Positions 14,435-26,947 of a stretch of 64,000 nucleotides of DNA are shown piece after piece (the first letter of the stretch is position 1; each line of letters opens with the position of its first letter). The position numbers and the translations under genes are program-made. The DNA is from Eledone cirrhosa (lineage: Eukaryota): assembly GCA_964016885.1 (NCBI GenBank), contig OZ024741.1, forward strand, positions 56,916,001 to 56,980,000. The letters are read 5' to 3'. The notes beneath the pieces are model-generated. The model made no database searches. It was not told the DNA's origin and worked only from the letters and a program-made list of their open reading frames with translations.

Positions 14435-14995
14435 TTGTTTCTACTATTGGCACAAGGCCAGCAATTATCTCAGTACATTACTGGTACTTTATTTTATCGA
14501 CCTCGTAAGGATGAAAGGCAAAGTTAACCTCGGCGGGATTTGAACTCAGAATGGCAAGGGCCGTAACTCTATGCGTCAAAGCATGGCGTCCGATACTGCC
14601 AATCCACCGCCGGTAAATAATTGTTTCTACTTTAGGCACAAGGCCAGCAATTACCCAGTGCATTACTTATACTTTATTTTATCGACCCCGTAAGGATGAA
14701 AGGCAAAGTTAACCTCGGCGGGATTTGAACTCAGAATGGCAAGGGCCGTAACTCTATGCGTCAAAGCATGGCGTCCGATACTGCCAATCCACCGCCGGTA
14801 AATAATTGTTTCTACTTTAGGCACAAGGCCAGCAATTACCCAGTGCATTACTGGTACTTTATTTTATCGACCCCGTAAGGATGAAAGGCAAAGTCAACCT
14901 CGGCGGGATTTGAACTCAGATCGTAAAGGGACGTAACTATGCTGGAAAACATGGCGTCCGACCTTCTACCGATACTGCCAATCCACCGCCGGTAA
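14435..14995 (-). mobile_element. Tandem trimer of S1 SINE (185-bp period)
   Basis: Near-identical units offset by 185 bp (near-identical ORF-track translations at 14478 and 14663). Confidence 0.9.
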
Positions 14996-15235
14996 ATAAC
15001 GAAGTATACACTGTATTGAATATCGAAATTGCTTGAATATATTTAATACCACATAACAACATGTAGATAATCCCAATTGTCATGAGAAGATTTGGGCTCG
15101 ATACCACTAAAACCGGAAAACAGAAATTGCTCTCCTAAAAAAAAAAAAGACTTCTTTTCAGGGCATTGCACATATATTCTGAAATAAACAGCCTGTCTAA
15201 TGTCTTAAAACTGGATAGACAGTAGATCTAGCAAT

Positions 15236-15385
15236 AATTCGGTAGAGGGTCGGACGCCATGCTTTGCAGCATAGAGTTACGGCCCTTAGGTTAACTTTGC
15301 CTTTCATCCTTACGGGGGTCGATAAAATAAAGTACCAGTAATGTACTGGGTATTTGCTGGCCTTGTGCAAAAAATAGAAACAATT
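15236..15385 (+). mobile_element. S1 SINE copy inverted relative to the trimer
   Basis: Reverse complement of the 14435-14995 units, with an internal deletion. Confidence 0.8.
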
Positions 15386-16739
15386 ATATATACTGTGCAC
15401 ACCACAACCCCCACTAACACCCCTACTACCAACAACAACAATACCATCTTAATCCTTTCTAACCCTGCCAACATTAATCAAAAGAAAATGGGAGTAGAAC
15501 TTAATACAAAAGACTAAACACAGACACAATGTCATGAGAAATAAGAAATAATCAAGATAAAGGAACAAGGAAATAAACACTAGCCAACCCCGCCTTCATA
15601 AATAATACTTTTATCTTTAATAATAATCTAGATGTTCGAAACAAACAATTCAATGACCTAGTGGCTGTTCCAATTCCATTTCCTTCTGGTCATGTCGTTG
15701 ATTTTCGTCTTTTGATCTTCTGTTTTATATTTTGGTTTCTACTCTGGGTTCGTCGCAAATTTTAACTCTGCTTCCTCAATTCACTGCCCCACCTAGCAAT
15801 CAACGTATAACTCCGCCTCCAAAAGAGATAGACATCAATGAATATTAAATCAGTTAAATTTCAAAGCTTGGCCGTCGAGTAAAGAATCCCTAGAATAACA
15901 TTAATCACACATGGCAATTGCTTTTGATGTGCAATTGTAGTTGCAACTTCCCTTACAGTTTCTGCATTAGTAACCACTACGGCCCTGGGTATTTATTGAT
16001 GTTATCGTCTATATGAGGTTCACATGTTGTCTATGCTATTTGTTTGCGATCCTTCTAAATCTCGAAAAATAAATTCATTTCGTGAGTGAAAGTAGAGCCA
16101 CCTCAGATCAATCGACTCGTGTTGCCAACCTGCAAGGGCTACTTCTATAATTACCATGTGTCTCCTTGTTTTATTGCATCCCAATGCTCTCTGAAATTAT
16201 CAGTATCAGCCTTAATGCTCTGAAACGATAGTGATGTCCAAAGGTTGACTGATGAGAAAGGACACTTCATTTTTCCGTTGTTTTTTCGTTGTCTGTGTCC
16301 TGTGCGCCCCACCCCCCTTTTTTTAAAAATTCATATTCGATTTAGTGTTAGCCACACCGGTCTTTTTAACGCATCACAAAATAGACTTTACACCGTCCGA
16401 TAACTATCTTCCTCTCATCCTCTTCCTCTCTTTCTTCTACCTATCATTTTTCTGTTTTTCTACGTAGGACTGTAGCCCAAATTGTTTTCTATTGTTTTCC
16501 TTTCTAGTTTTTCACATTTTGGCGAAGCTACCGCGCCTCTGTCTATTCTTTTCAGTTTAAGCACATTGGTTCGAAGCATTTTTTTTATTTTTACTTTATT
16601 TGTGTAATTCGCCGAAAGGCACAACTTGTAACAGTGAATAAGAAGTGGGTGTTAAGAAAGGGCACGTTAAAAGAGGAGGAGTGGGGTATATAGGCCGTTT
16701 GCAGTAAAAGTGTGAAAAGACAATATAATCTGGTGTTCT

Positions 16740-16856
16740 CTCCTCAGGCGTGAGTTCGGGTGTCTTGTTGCCAAACCAGATGTCCCGGAAGAGCTCAGCG
16801 AACCTGTTCATTAGTCGATGACAGGTTTGTCCAATGTTGATGGCCTCGCACAACAT
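16740..16856 (-). pseudogene. GIY-YIG endonuclease remnant of a PLE
   Basis: Translates CEAINIGQTCHRLMNRFAELFRDI, matching the PLE pattern (Y)IGQT.R.L..RF.EH.RDI. Confidence 0.5.
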
Positions 16857-17470
16857 GCACCGATATCTATGTGGGGCTATGTAGAACGACTATTGTCGCG
16901 GGTGGGACCAATCCGGTTGACCACCGAGTCCATTGTCATGATCAAACCGCCACCCTCCTTCAAAAACGAAGGAGAGGCGGTTTTCCTTTGTGTGATAGCT
17001 ATGGCGAAAGAGGTTGTATGGTGGACAAGGTTGAAAGGGCTGAGGTCAGACACCTTTCTCTCCGGCCAACAACTGATTCTTTTTTTCAAATACCATTTTG
17101 GAAGAAGAATCAGGATGGAGAGAGAGGTGCTGTACCCCAGCAAGTTTTAGGAAAGGTGGGTGAAAGTAGCGAGAATGGCCCGAATGAATGGGCCTTCTTT
17201 CTATATCAGCCTGTAGGTTGAGGAAAACGAGGAAGAGAGGAAAGGGGTACAAACTCTTCGTACTCCTGGTGATGAGGGTTGCACATTTTTTCGGGGGTAT
17301 GTGTTACCCATATGAAATGTCTCCCCCTATTGGGGAAAATCGATTAACTTTTCAATTGCATTTGTGATAATATTTTGCACGTTTTTTATTGTATGTAAAC
17401 TTCCCTCTTTGTATTTTTCCCCTTCTTTTGTGCCCCTGTGGCTAATAAAGAAACATATCTATCTATCTAA
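16857..17470 (+). mobile_element. 3' fragment of a Tx1/L1-clade LINE ending in (TATC)n
   Basis: ORF2 C-terminal-like peptide WGYVERLL..FLCVIAMAKEVVWWTR..KF..RW; 3' UTR with AATAAA then tatctatcta. Confidence 0.65.
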
Positions 17471-17502
17471 CTATCTGCCTATCTATCTATAAAGAAAGAT
17501 AA

Positions 17503-17800
17503 ATGGCCCGAGTGATTGGGCCTTCTCTGTTTATAAGCTTTTAGGTTAAAGAAGAGAGCAAAAGGAAGAAAAGAACACTTGCACAACAAGCTCCTGGAGT
17601 TGAGGGTTGTTCTATCGACGGGGTATTAAACAACCCATTTGTGGCGCTTCCTCCCTATTGGGGATTTCGATTGTTGTAATTGTTTGTTTTTACATTTTTT
17701 TTTACACGACTGTATGTAAAATCCCGGCATGTCTTTGTATTGTCCCCTTTTCTTGTGTGCCCTTGTGGCAAATAAAGAAATCTATCTATCTATCTATCTA
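17503..17800 (+). mobile_element. Second 3' fragment of the same LINE family
   Basis: Homologous to 17175-17455; ends gcaaataaagaaatctatctatc. Confidence 0.7.
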
Positions 17801-18094
17801 TCTAACTAACTATCTAACTATGTATCTATATATTTATCTATTTATCTGTCTATCTGTCCGTGAGTCTATCTATTTATCTTTGGGATGCTTTTGTTGGTGT
17901 TACTGTTGTTCTAATCGAAAAATAGATATTTAGTAAATATGCATGAATAAATAACTATAGATTGACAATCAAACAGGCAAACAGGCAAATAGGTGCAAAG
18001 GTATAGACAAGCAGATATAAATATAGAGGTAGGTAGGTAGGTATGTAGGTAGGTAGGTAGGCAGGTGGGTGGGTAAATAGATAGGCAATAGATA

Positions 18095-18625
18095 GATTTC
18101 TGTATTTGCCACAGGTGCGTACAAAAATGGGATATTACAAGACGTGACAGCGGAGGTTTTACATGAAATCTTTAACAATAATGGATGACAATAAACTATA
18201 TGAAAATAAAATAAAACAATCGAAATCCCCATTAGGGGGGAACGTTACTTGCGGAGTTGTTTTACACCCCGTGGATAGAACAACCCTCAACACCAGTAGC
18301 ACGTTTTGTAGGTGTTCCCGTCTTCCCTCTGTTTATCTTCCTCAACCTACAGGTTTATATACAGAGAAGGCCCATTCACTCGGGCCATTTTCGTCACATC
18401 CACCCAGCGAATTTACTGGGGTGTAGCACCTCTCTCTCCACTCTTACCTTCCTTCTGAAGTGGTACTTAAAGAAGGGGATGAGTTGTTGTTCTGAGAGAA
18501 AGGTGTGTTGCCCTCAGTCCTTTTAACCTCGTCCACCATATTACGTCTTTCGCTATAGTCACCAGACAGAGGAAAACCACCTCTCCTTCAATTTTAAATG
18601 AAGGCGGCGGGGTGATCCTCACGAT
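18095..18625 (-). mobile_element. Third copy of the Tx1-like LINE, inverted
   Basis: Reverse-complement homology to 16935-17455; TAGG/TAGA repeats on the left and (GATA)n on the right. Confidence 0.7.
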
Positions 18626-18869
18626 GATAGATAGATAGATAGGTATCTTTCTTTATTTATTCTTTATTTATTCTTTATAGATAGATAGATAGATGTTTTT
18701 ATTGTCCAAAGATAGAGAGATACATAGGCATATAATAGATATAGATAGCTGCTGCTCTATCACTGACCATCTTGATAACCCTGTGTATGTGTGAGGGTGA
18801 GCGGTTGTGAAGAAGATATCAAATTACCATTTCTCAGCACAAAGTGGTTTTCACATGATGTTTGCGTTT

Positions 18870-19262
18870 CAGTATCGGTAGAGGGTTGGACACCATGCTT
18901 TGACGCATAGAGTTACGGCCCTTGCCATTCTTAGTTCAAATCTTGCCGAGGTTAACTTTGCTTTTCATCCTTACGGAAAATAAAGTACCAGTAATGCACT
19001 GGGTAATTGCTGGCCTTGTGCCAAAAGTAGAAACGGTTATATATATAGGGCGGTGGATTGACAGTATCGGTAGAGTGCCGGACACCCTTCTTCGCGGCAT
19101 AGAGTTACGGACCTTTATGTTCCGAGTTGAAATCCCGTCAAGGTTAGCTTTGCTTTTCATCCTTTCGAGGTCGATAAAATAAAGTACCAGTCACGCACTA
19201 GGGTCGATTTAATTTACTTTCCCCCTCCCTAAATTGCTGGCTTTATGCTTAAATCAGAAACT
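18870..19262 (+). mobile_element. Two tandem S1 SINE copies
   Basis: cagtatcggtagag...gttcaaatc...aaagtaccag...ggccttgtg occurs twice. Confidence 0.8.
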
Positions 19263-19343
19263 ATTATTTTTATATATATATATATATGTGCGTGTGTGTA
19301 TGTGTCTGTATATGTCTGTGTGTATGCGTAAGTGCGTGTGTGT

Positions 19344-19462
<119 letters not shown>

Positions 19463-20552
19463 CGCTCACGTGCGATTGAATTGTGTGAATGACGAAAATA
19501 TCTACTGTGGCAAAATGTGTACTTAGAATACAAAAGAATGCCTGTAAATATTAGAAGAATTCTCACCTGGTGCTTTACCGTTTCTCATAATAACAACTGA
19601 TTAGTGGTCCTCCCGAGACACAACACAAGGTCCAATAGATTGATTTTCAGAAACGCTTCAACTGTGAAGTTCACACCACATCTACTCTGGAGGCACATCC
19701 CGTTAGTTTGTCTGTCTGTTTGTCTGTCAGTTAATCTCCCTCTATGTCATCTACGTAGCTGCAACTTTAGATTTCTTAATTAATATGTTCTGTCTTAGGT
19801 TTATTTCTCTCTCTCGCTCTCTCTCCCCCCCCCCTTCCCTTTGTGTTATTAACTATTCCTAACTATGCAAGCAATCAGCATATTTGAAAAAAAATAAAAA
19901 CAAAATCACTGAGGCTAATTATAAACACAGTGTTACAGCTCACGGGATTCTGTTCAATTACTCTGACCTCGGGGGAATTTGGTTGTTTTCTTGGTTGGAA
20001 TTAAGTCTTATAGAGGCAATCACAGAAGAGATAACAATAATATTTATGGTATTCTTAGAAAAATTTCAACTAATGTTAAATAAATATCGTTCTTGATTCT
20101 CTGCTTGTTTAACGCAATGTCTATTTAATGTCATCAAAGGCACGCATAGTACTGTAATGCATTGGACATTACGAAACAGGTGGTTTTAAGTTGGTACTTG
20201 AATAAGAAAGCCAAATATACACGAAGAGAGAACACAGGTAATACAAGATGTGCTAAATCAATACTCACTGATAATATATATCTTCAAAATCTTCAGAATG
20301 AATGTTCACTTATTTCTAACGAAACATCAATGGAAATGTTTAAATACTGGTGAAGTGTTGTCTGTTCAATTTACAGAACGTTTGTTGCAAGCATAATTAA
20401 CCTGGTCAATTAACAACCATTTACCGTCGATTTTCATTAACAGAAACATAATTAAACTAAGGTGGTTTATCAATAAAATAAGCTGCCACAACATCTAACA
20501 CTTTTAGTGTTATCAGTCATTAGACAGTATTTATATTATCCGACCGCTAAGT

Positions 20553-20970
<418 letters not shown>

Positions 20971-21768
20971 TTCATTCAGGTTTGAGGTTCACCACTGGAT
21001 AGAGCTGGTCAATCTCAATGTAATAATATGGAGAGTACTCAACGTAAAGCAGTTCAACCGTCTTCGTTTTTGTAGTTGGTGGTGCTAGTACGGAGTTAAA
21101 TATTATAATGAAATGACAGGAGGCTGGACTTGTGTAAATCTTTGAAAGGTTAATTATACTATGATCATTTCAATGACCGGGTTCCGTATGAATCCGGTGA
21201 TATCATCAGGTATCCGAAATATAATAAATGAATGTAATAGGTAAAATCCATGGGACTGAAAATCAAAGACCCGTGGACGACCGGCATCTAGCATTTTCCA
21301 CTTTTGCCGGTCGCCCTCAAGTAAGGTGGCTAAAGCTTATAGTGTGCTATTACCGGTCAAATAGAGGAAAACAGAAAGGGAGAGTAAGATAAGTCAGTGT
21401 TAATATCATGCCACAAGAAAAAAGACAGAAAGAAGGGGGAAGAGAAGGAAGAAAAGGAAGAAGAAGAAAATTCAGGGTTAATGTCGAGCTACAAGAAGAA
21501 AGACAGAAAGAAAGAGGAAGAAAGGTCGGTACTAATGTCAAACTACAGTCAGGCCAGGAATGGCGCGAAAAAAAATGTATTCTAAGGGATCCGTATCTTA
21601 ACAGAGGTAAATATAGTGGGGGTCTGCATGTTATGTGTGAGCAGAAGATTGGAACGTTACCTTTTTGTAGGATGAAGTTAGAAAATTAATATTTAATATT
21701 AACATTATAAAATTAAAGAAATTATAAAATTGAAAGTTAAACAGTTTAACATTTTTATTATATTTCGA

Positions 21769-21826
21769 ATACCTGATGATATCACCGGATTCATACGGAA
21801 CCCGGTCATTGAAATGATCATAGTAC
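21769..21826 (+). ncRNA. Hammerhead ribozyme, family A
   Basis: atac CTGATGA tatcaccggattcatacggaacccggtcatt GAAA TGATCAT A gtac, followed by AATAAA. Confidence 0.75.
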
Positions 21827-23232
21827 AATAAACCTTTCAAAGATTTACACAAGTCCAGCCTCCTGTCATTTCATTATAATATTTAACTCCCTACTAGCAC
21901 CACCAACTACAAAAACGAAGACGGTTGAACTGCTTTACGTTGAGTACTCTCCATATTATTACATTAAGATTGACCATACCGAATTGACCAGCTCTATCCA
22001 GAAACCTGAATAAATAATGCTCCTGAAATGTTGAGCACTTCCAAATGTAATAATGACCAGCGGCATGGGACTGAATATATCTAACCACCATTCGGATTTT
22101 GGCTACTCGGTGCTTTGCCTACCGCCCATTTGGCACATTGCTACTTCCCTCTCCGAATATTCAGACTTCGACGAAATTCTACGGATTATACCATAACCTG
22201 TATTGTACTGTACTGTATTGACTAAATTCTCTACCCTATACTTCAGGGCCTGCGTAACTCACACTGAATTCTCAGACTCGAACACACACTGATCCCATTT
22301 CCACATCTATATGCATTATCTAACTGCAACTTGAACTATATTGTATTTCTCCTGTGTTTTGATTTCTCCATTTACTCCACCACCACTCTTGTTTGTTTAT
22401 TTATATCTTTATATCTTTCTACCTTTGCTGTATTAATGTTTTTTCCACGTATTCTACTTCTATACATCCATGTAGCTTTTACTCCTCTTATTCGGACTTT
22501 TACTCGCATGTACCCATTAGCACACGACACTAGAATGTCTCCCCCTGGGAACAAAAATACTGCAACCTGAACTATATTGTATTTCTCCTATGTCTTGATT
22601 TCTCCATCTTACTCCATCACCACTCTTGTTTATTTATATCTTTCTACCTTTGCTTTATTAATGTGCTTTTCCACGTACTCTACTTCTATATATCCATGTA
22701 TTTCTACTCTTCTTATTGGGACTTTTACTCACTTGTACCCATTAGCACACGACACTAGAATCTCCCCCTGAGAACAAAAATAAATATTACCTGACTATAT
22801 CCCTTACTCTACATCCCACTAGGATAACTTATAGAGGATCTATATAATACAATTAAAGTTTCTTCATAAAAGACTCTCTCTTTAACTAAACCTTGCAACC
22901 CAAAACCTTAAAAAAGTTTTAAACTGTTTCTGTTTAATTTTTAATTTTCTAATTGTTCAATTCTCAATCTTCTTACTCTTTAATTTTATAATGTTATTCT
23001 GAATTTTTTCAATTACATCCTATAAATCTAAACAATAATTTAACGTTCCAATTTTCTGTCGGACTGTTGGGTTGGTTTTCCTGGCGGCGGGACCGGCCTC
23101 CTGGCGCATAGGCGTACCTTGAGTGCTTGGAAAAATAAATTTCTCCTTCTTTCGGTAAATGAAATTACTCGGAGCGGGTTGATTCGCCCAGGGGCCCGGC
23201 GCGCAGCCGGTTTTTTGACCGCCATATAGTAC

Positions 23233-23747
23233 TGTAGTGACCTACATTCCGCGGGCTCACATACATTCTCTGTGCGTGATTTGGCTCAGTTCAGCCAATC
23301 AGCGCCAGTAGAAGAGGATGTATCCCTACGCGCCCTGAGGAAGAAATTCCACGCAAAGATTTGAAGAATCTCTCTCTTGTACCGGAAACTTCAAGCCAGC
23401 AACACGCATAATGTAACGGTGAGATATTGCACCCTAGCCTCGCCGGCTTAACGGCGCAATGACACATTCCCTTTTGTAACCTCTTCTTATCTGTAACTTC
23501 AACCATATAAGTTAACAAACATTGTTTGTACTACATCAAAATTAAACATACATTTCATCTCTAATTACTGCTGTTGAAATCATTATTGTGTTACTCGTGT
23601 CTCAATAACATCTATAATCCATGCTGCTGGAATTGGCGACCTGGCGAAAGGAATATTGTAAATAGATGGTAAATAGATCGAGGGACCTTCCCTCACGTCT
23701 ATGTCAACAAGATAATCCAACGAGGATACTATAACTAATACTGCTAA
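23233..23747. mobile_element. 515-bp insertion with a 5-bp TSD, solo-LTR-like
   Basis: Interrupts family A at gccatatAGTACctttaaat (uninterrupted in the 10-kb copy); AGTAC on both sides; starts TGTAG; internal CCAAT and TATAA. Confidence 0.6.
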
Positions 23748-24402
23748 AGTACCTTTAAATTACAAATCTAATCATAACTATTACATGTATCACGCCTCCC
23801 TCTACTTAAGCAAATCCCCCTCCTGGGTAAATTAATAGTACTGGTTTTGTACAAGATGGCCTAACGATGATGGCTGACTTCCCACTGGCGCACCTGAAGC
23901 CTGTTATACATTCCTAGAGTGCTCGGAAAAATTGATTTCCATGTCTTTCGCTAGGCGATAACACTCGGAGTGGCTGACACGCGGTTGAGATGGGCTGCGT
24001 AAGCCTGTAGTCCCCGCATGCTGTTTGACTGCTAAAGATAGACATAATCTTTACTCTATAATACAATTTAAGTTTCTTCATAAAAGACTCTTTCTTTGCT
24101 TAAACCTCGCAACCAAAACCTTAAAAATGTTAAACTGTTTAACTTTCAATTTTCTAATTTCTTTAATTTTATAATGTTAATATTAAATATTAATTTTCTA
24201 ACTTCATCCTATAAATCTAAACAAAAAGGTAACGTTCCAATCTTCTGCTCACACATTATAACACACTGACCCCCACTATATTTACCTCTGTTAAGATACG
24301 GATCCCTTAGAATAAATTTTTTTTCGCGCCATTCCTGGCCTGACTGTAGTTTGACATTAGTGCCGACCTTTCTTCCTCTTTCTTTCTGTCATTTCATTAT
24401 AT

Positions 24403-24501
<99 letters not shown>

Positions 24502-24626
24502 ATATATATATAAGTTGAAATAAAATGAAAACGAAATTTCATTTCTCACTCTTAGTACGGCACTTACTTAAATGTAAGTATGTGTGTATACGTACATACA
24601 TATATGTATACAGACGTACAGTAGCA

Positions 24627-24686
<60 letters not shown>

Positions 24687-24839
24687 CAGGTACACATACA
24701 TATATGCACGTATCAGTTTAGCGGACGCTTATTATAACGCCGCTTTGTTCGTTTGTAAACAAACTGAACAGCCTGAATTTTATGCCGTACGGTGTTAAGG
24801 CAACCACGTCACCTTTTTGTTCAACACTGACACAGGAAC

Positions 24840-24878
24840 GATGTACTAGTTTCAAGCTTGTTAGCTATCATCAGCACC
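24840..24878 (-). ncRNA. Hammerhead ribozyme R1 copy 1
   Basis: Minus strand: ggtg CTGATGA t agct aaca agct t GAAA CTAG TA catc. Confidence 0.8.
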
Positions 24879-24889
24879 GTATACCCTTC

Positions 24890-24962
24890 TGCCAGATAGT
24901 TGAACGTTCGAAAGTATATACTTTCCTTATGAAAATTAACGGCTGAGCAGCCTAATTTGCAT
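24890..24962 (-). promoter_or_regulatory. Putative snRNA-type (type 3 Pol III) promoter: octamer, PSE-like block, TATA
   Basis: Minus strand: ATGCAAAT (24962-24955), 34 nt including TAATTTTCATA, TATATA (24920-24915), 24 nt, AGAAGGG. Confidence 0.6.
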
Positions 24963-25116
24963 ATCGAGTGAGTTAAGTCGGTCAGGCATACCGAAAACGA
25001 TAAGTTGAAATAAAATGAAAACGAAATTTCATTTCTCACTCTTAGAACGGCACTTACTTAAATGTAAGTATGTGTGTATACGTACATACATATATGTATA
25101 CAGACGTACAGTAGCA

Positions 25117-25214
<98 letters not shown>

Positions 25215-25367
25215 CAGGTACACATACATATATGCACGTATCAGTTTAGCGGACGCTTATTATAACTCCGCTTTGTTCGTTTGTAAACAAACTGAACAGC
25301 CTGAATTTTATGCCGTACGGTGTTAAGGCAACCACGTCACCTTTTTGTTCAACACTGACACGGGAAC

Positions 25368-25406
25368 GATGTACTAGTTTCAAGCTTGTTAGCTATCATC
25401 AGCACC
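25368..25406 (-). ncRNA. Hammerhead ribozyme R1 copy 2
   Basis: Identical to copy 1. Confidence 0.8.
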
Positions 25407-25417
25407 GTATACCCTTC

Positions 25418-25490
25418 TGCCAGATAGTTGAACGTTCGAAAGTATATACTTTCCTTATGAAAATTAACGGCTGAGCAGCCTAATTTGCAT
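25418..25490 (-). promoter_or_regulatory. Second copy of the R1 promoter cassette
   Basis: ATTTGCAT 25483-25490 and TATATA 25443-25448 as read on the plus strand. Confidence 0.6.
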
Positions 25491-25571
25491 ATCGAGTGAG
25501 TTAAGTCGGTCAGGCATACCGAAAACGATAAGTTGAATAAAATGAAAACGAAATTTCATTTCTCACTCTTA

Positions 25572-25635
<64 letters not shown>

Positions 25636-25673
25636 ATACTTTGGGAGGGTCATGTTGCCAATAAGAAACACAC

Positions 25674-26284
25674 TTGTATAGGAGCAAATTTTGGAATAGA
25701 ATAGAAAGAACTAGGAACAAGGCTAATAGAATAAACTCATGGTATGATAGCAATAAATACCAGAGTGTAATGTTCATCGATACAACCCCTAGAGGTGAAT
25801 TAGCTTACAAATTTAGAAGGGCCCTAAATAAACATAAACTCAATATTAAGATAGTAGAAAGACCAGGTACCTCCGTAAAAACACTTATTAGCAAGACATA
25901 GCCTTTTCAAAGACCCTCATGTATAGATAAGAAATGTATAACCTGTAAAATAAGCCCCCATATTAACTGCAAAACTAGAAATGTACTGAAGGACAACGTA
26001 GAGACAAAAATATAGTGTACATAGGTGAGACAGCTCGTAGTGTAGGAGAACGGATAAATGAACACTGGCGAGACCTTCAAGATAGTAAAGAATCATCTGT
26101 ACTCTACCAACATGCTAAAATAGAACACAAGGGTAAATTAGAGAACATAGAAATAAAAATAGAATCTACACACAGAAAAGACGCAATGTTTAGACAAATT
26201 ACAGAGGCAATAAACATAAAAGAATTACAACCAAAATTAAATAGAAAATATGAGTGGAACAGTAACATCACAACTCACAATTAA
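25674..26284 (+). pseudogene. PLE ORF 3' part: RT thumb/linker, Cys-rich linker and GIY-YIG endonuclease (stop and frameshift)
   Basis: SVMFIDTTPRGELA..KIVERPG; CIDKKCITC..C; YIGETARSVGERINEH..LYQHAKIEH..RQITEAINI..PKLNRKYEW. Confidence 0.85.
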
Positions 26285-26485
26285 GGACAAAATGAAAACA
26301 CACACACACATAGAACAAACAACCAACCAGTAACATGTAAATAAACAAATAAATAAATGAACATAAACACACACAGACACCCGGATGTGGCGCATGCGCA
26401 GACTGAGCACACAACACACACACAGAAACAAAATGGCGTAGGACAGAACAAAGGAGAGGCACAGAAACAAAGAAAGGAATCCCCA

Positions 26486-26526
26486 GTCACTGAAGAGGTC
26501 ACAGAGTGTGTGACGAAAGAACTGAC
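26486..26526 (+). ncRNA. Hammerhead motif in the PLE pseudo-LTR
   Basis: gtca CTGAAGA g gtcaca gagtg tgtgac GAAA gaac tgac; stem III / cleavage triplet degenerate. Confidence 0.6.
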
Positions 26527-26906
26527 AATATATAAACAACTATCTGGTTGTGGAACCAACCAACCAACCAGAAATTTATAAATTTATAAATTTATTATAA
26601 ATTTATTATAATAAATTGAAGTGAAAGCAACTGGTGCGTGTGTTTCTTATTGGCAACATGACCCTCCCAAAGTATAACAATATCGGTTTCAACACACGAT
26701 TTCAGATAAAGAATCTTGCTAAACAAATTCAGAAACGATATATATATATATATATAGAATGTTTAAGTATCGAGAGAGAGAGAAAAGGAAAGATAAGCGA
26801 TACATATATTTAGTTGCCAATAGTTTGTGCAAGAATGAACTCTGATGTGAATTTAACCTTAAAACTCCTCCTGGGTCGCGTACTGATCATTTTTTTTTGT
26901 TTTATA

Positions 26907-26947
26907 TGCCCTTGAGAAGCCCGTTCTGGGCGAAACGTACGTAGGTA
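26907..26947 (+). ncRNA. Variant-core hammerhead-like motif
   Basis: tgcc CTTGAGAA gccc gttct gggc GAAA CGTACG TA ggta: all three stems present, non-canonical 5' core. Confidence 0.5.

Larger units (their letters stand above)
20971..24400. mobile_element. Family A element in inverted configuration (minus 20971-21755, plus 21755-24400)
   Basis: About 20995-21225 is the reverse complement of about 21755-22000; HHRs at 21156-21213 (-) and 21769-21826 (+); (TA)n on both sides; internal duplications. Confidence 0.8.
24511..25572 (-). mobile_element. Tandem non-coding HHR element (retrozyme-like), family R1: 2 units plus ~45-nt terminal redundancy
   Basis: Unit of ~490-528 bp (variable internal TA run); (TA)n flanks; one HHR and one promoter-like cassette per unit. 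Confidence 0.85.
25631..26738 (+). mobile_element. 5'-truncated Penelope-like element with GIY-YIG endonuclease, pseudo-LTR and short inverted 5' pLTR
   Basis: 25631-25673 is the reverse complement of 26638-26680; coding remnant; HHR at 26486-26526; (TA)n flanks. Confidence 0.9.

Noticed and set aside
16218-16270. CTGATGA with an upstream GAAAC as a permuted hammerhead
   Set aside because: Could not build convincing stems I-III
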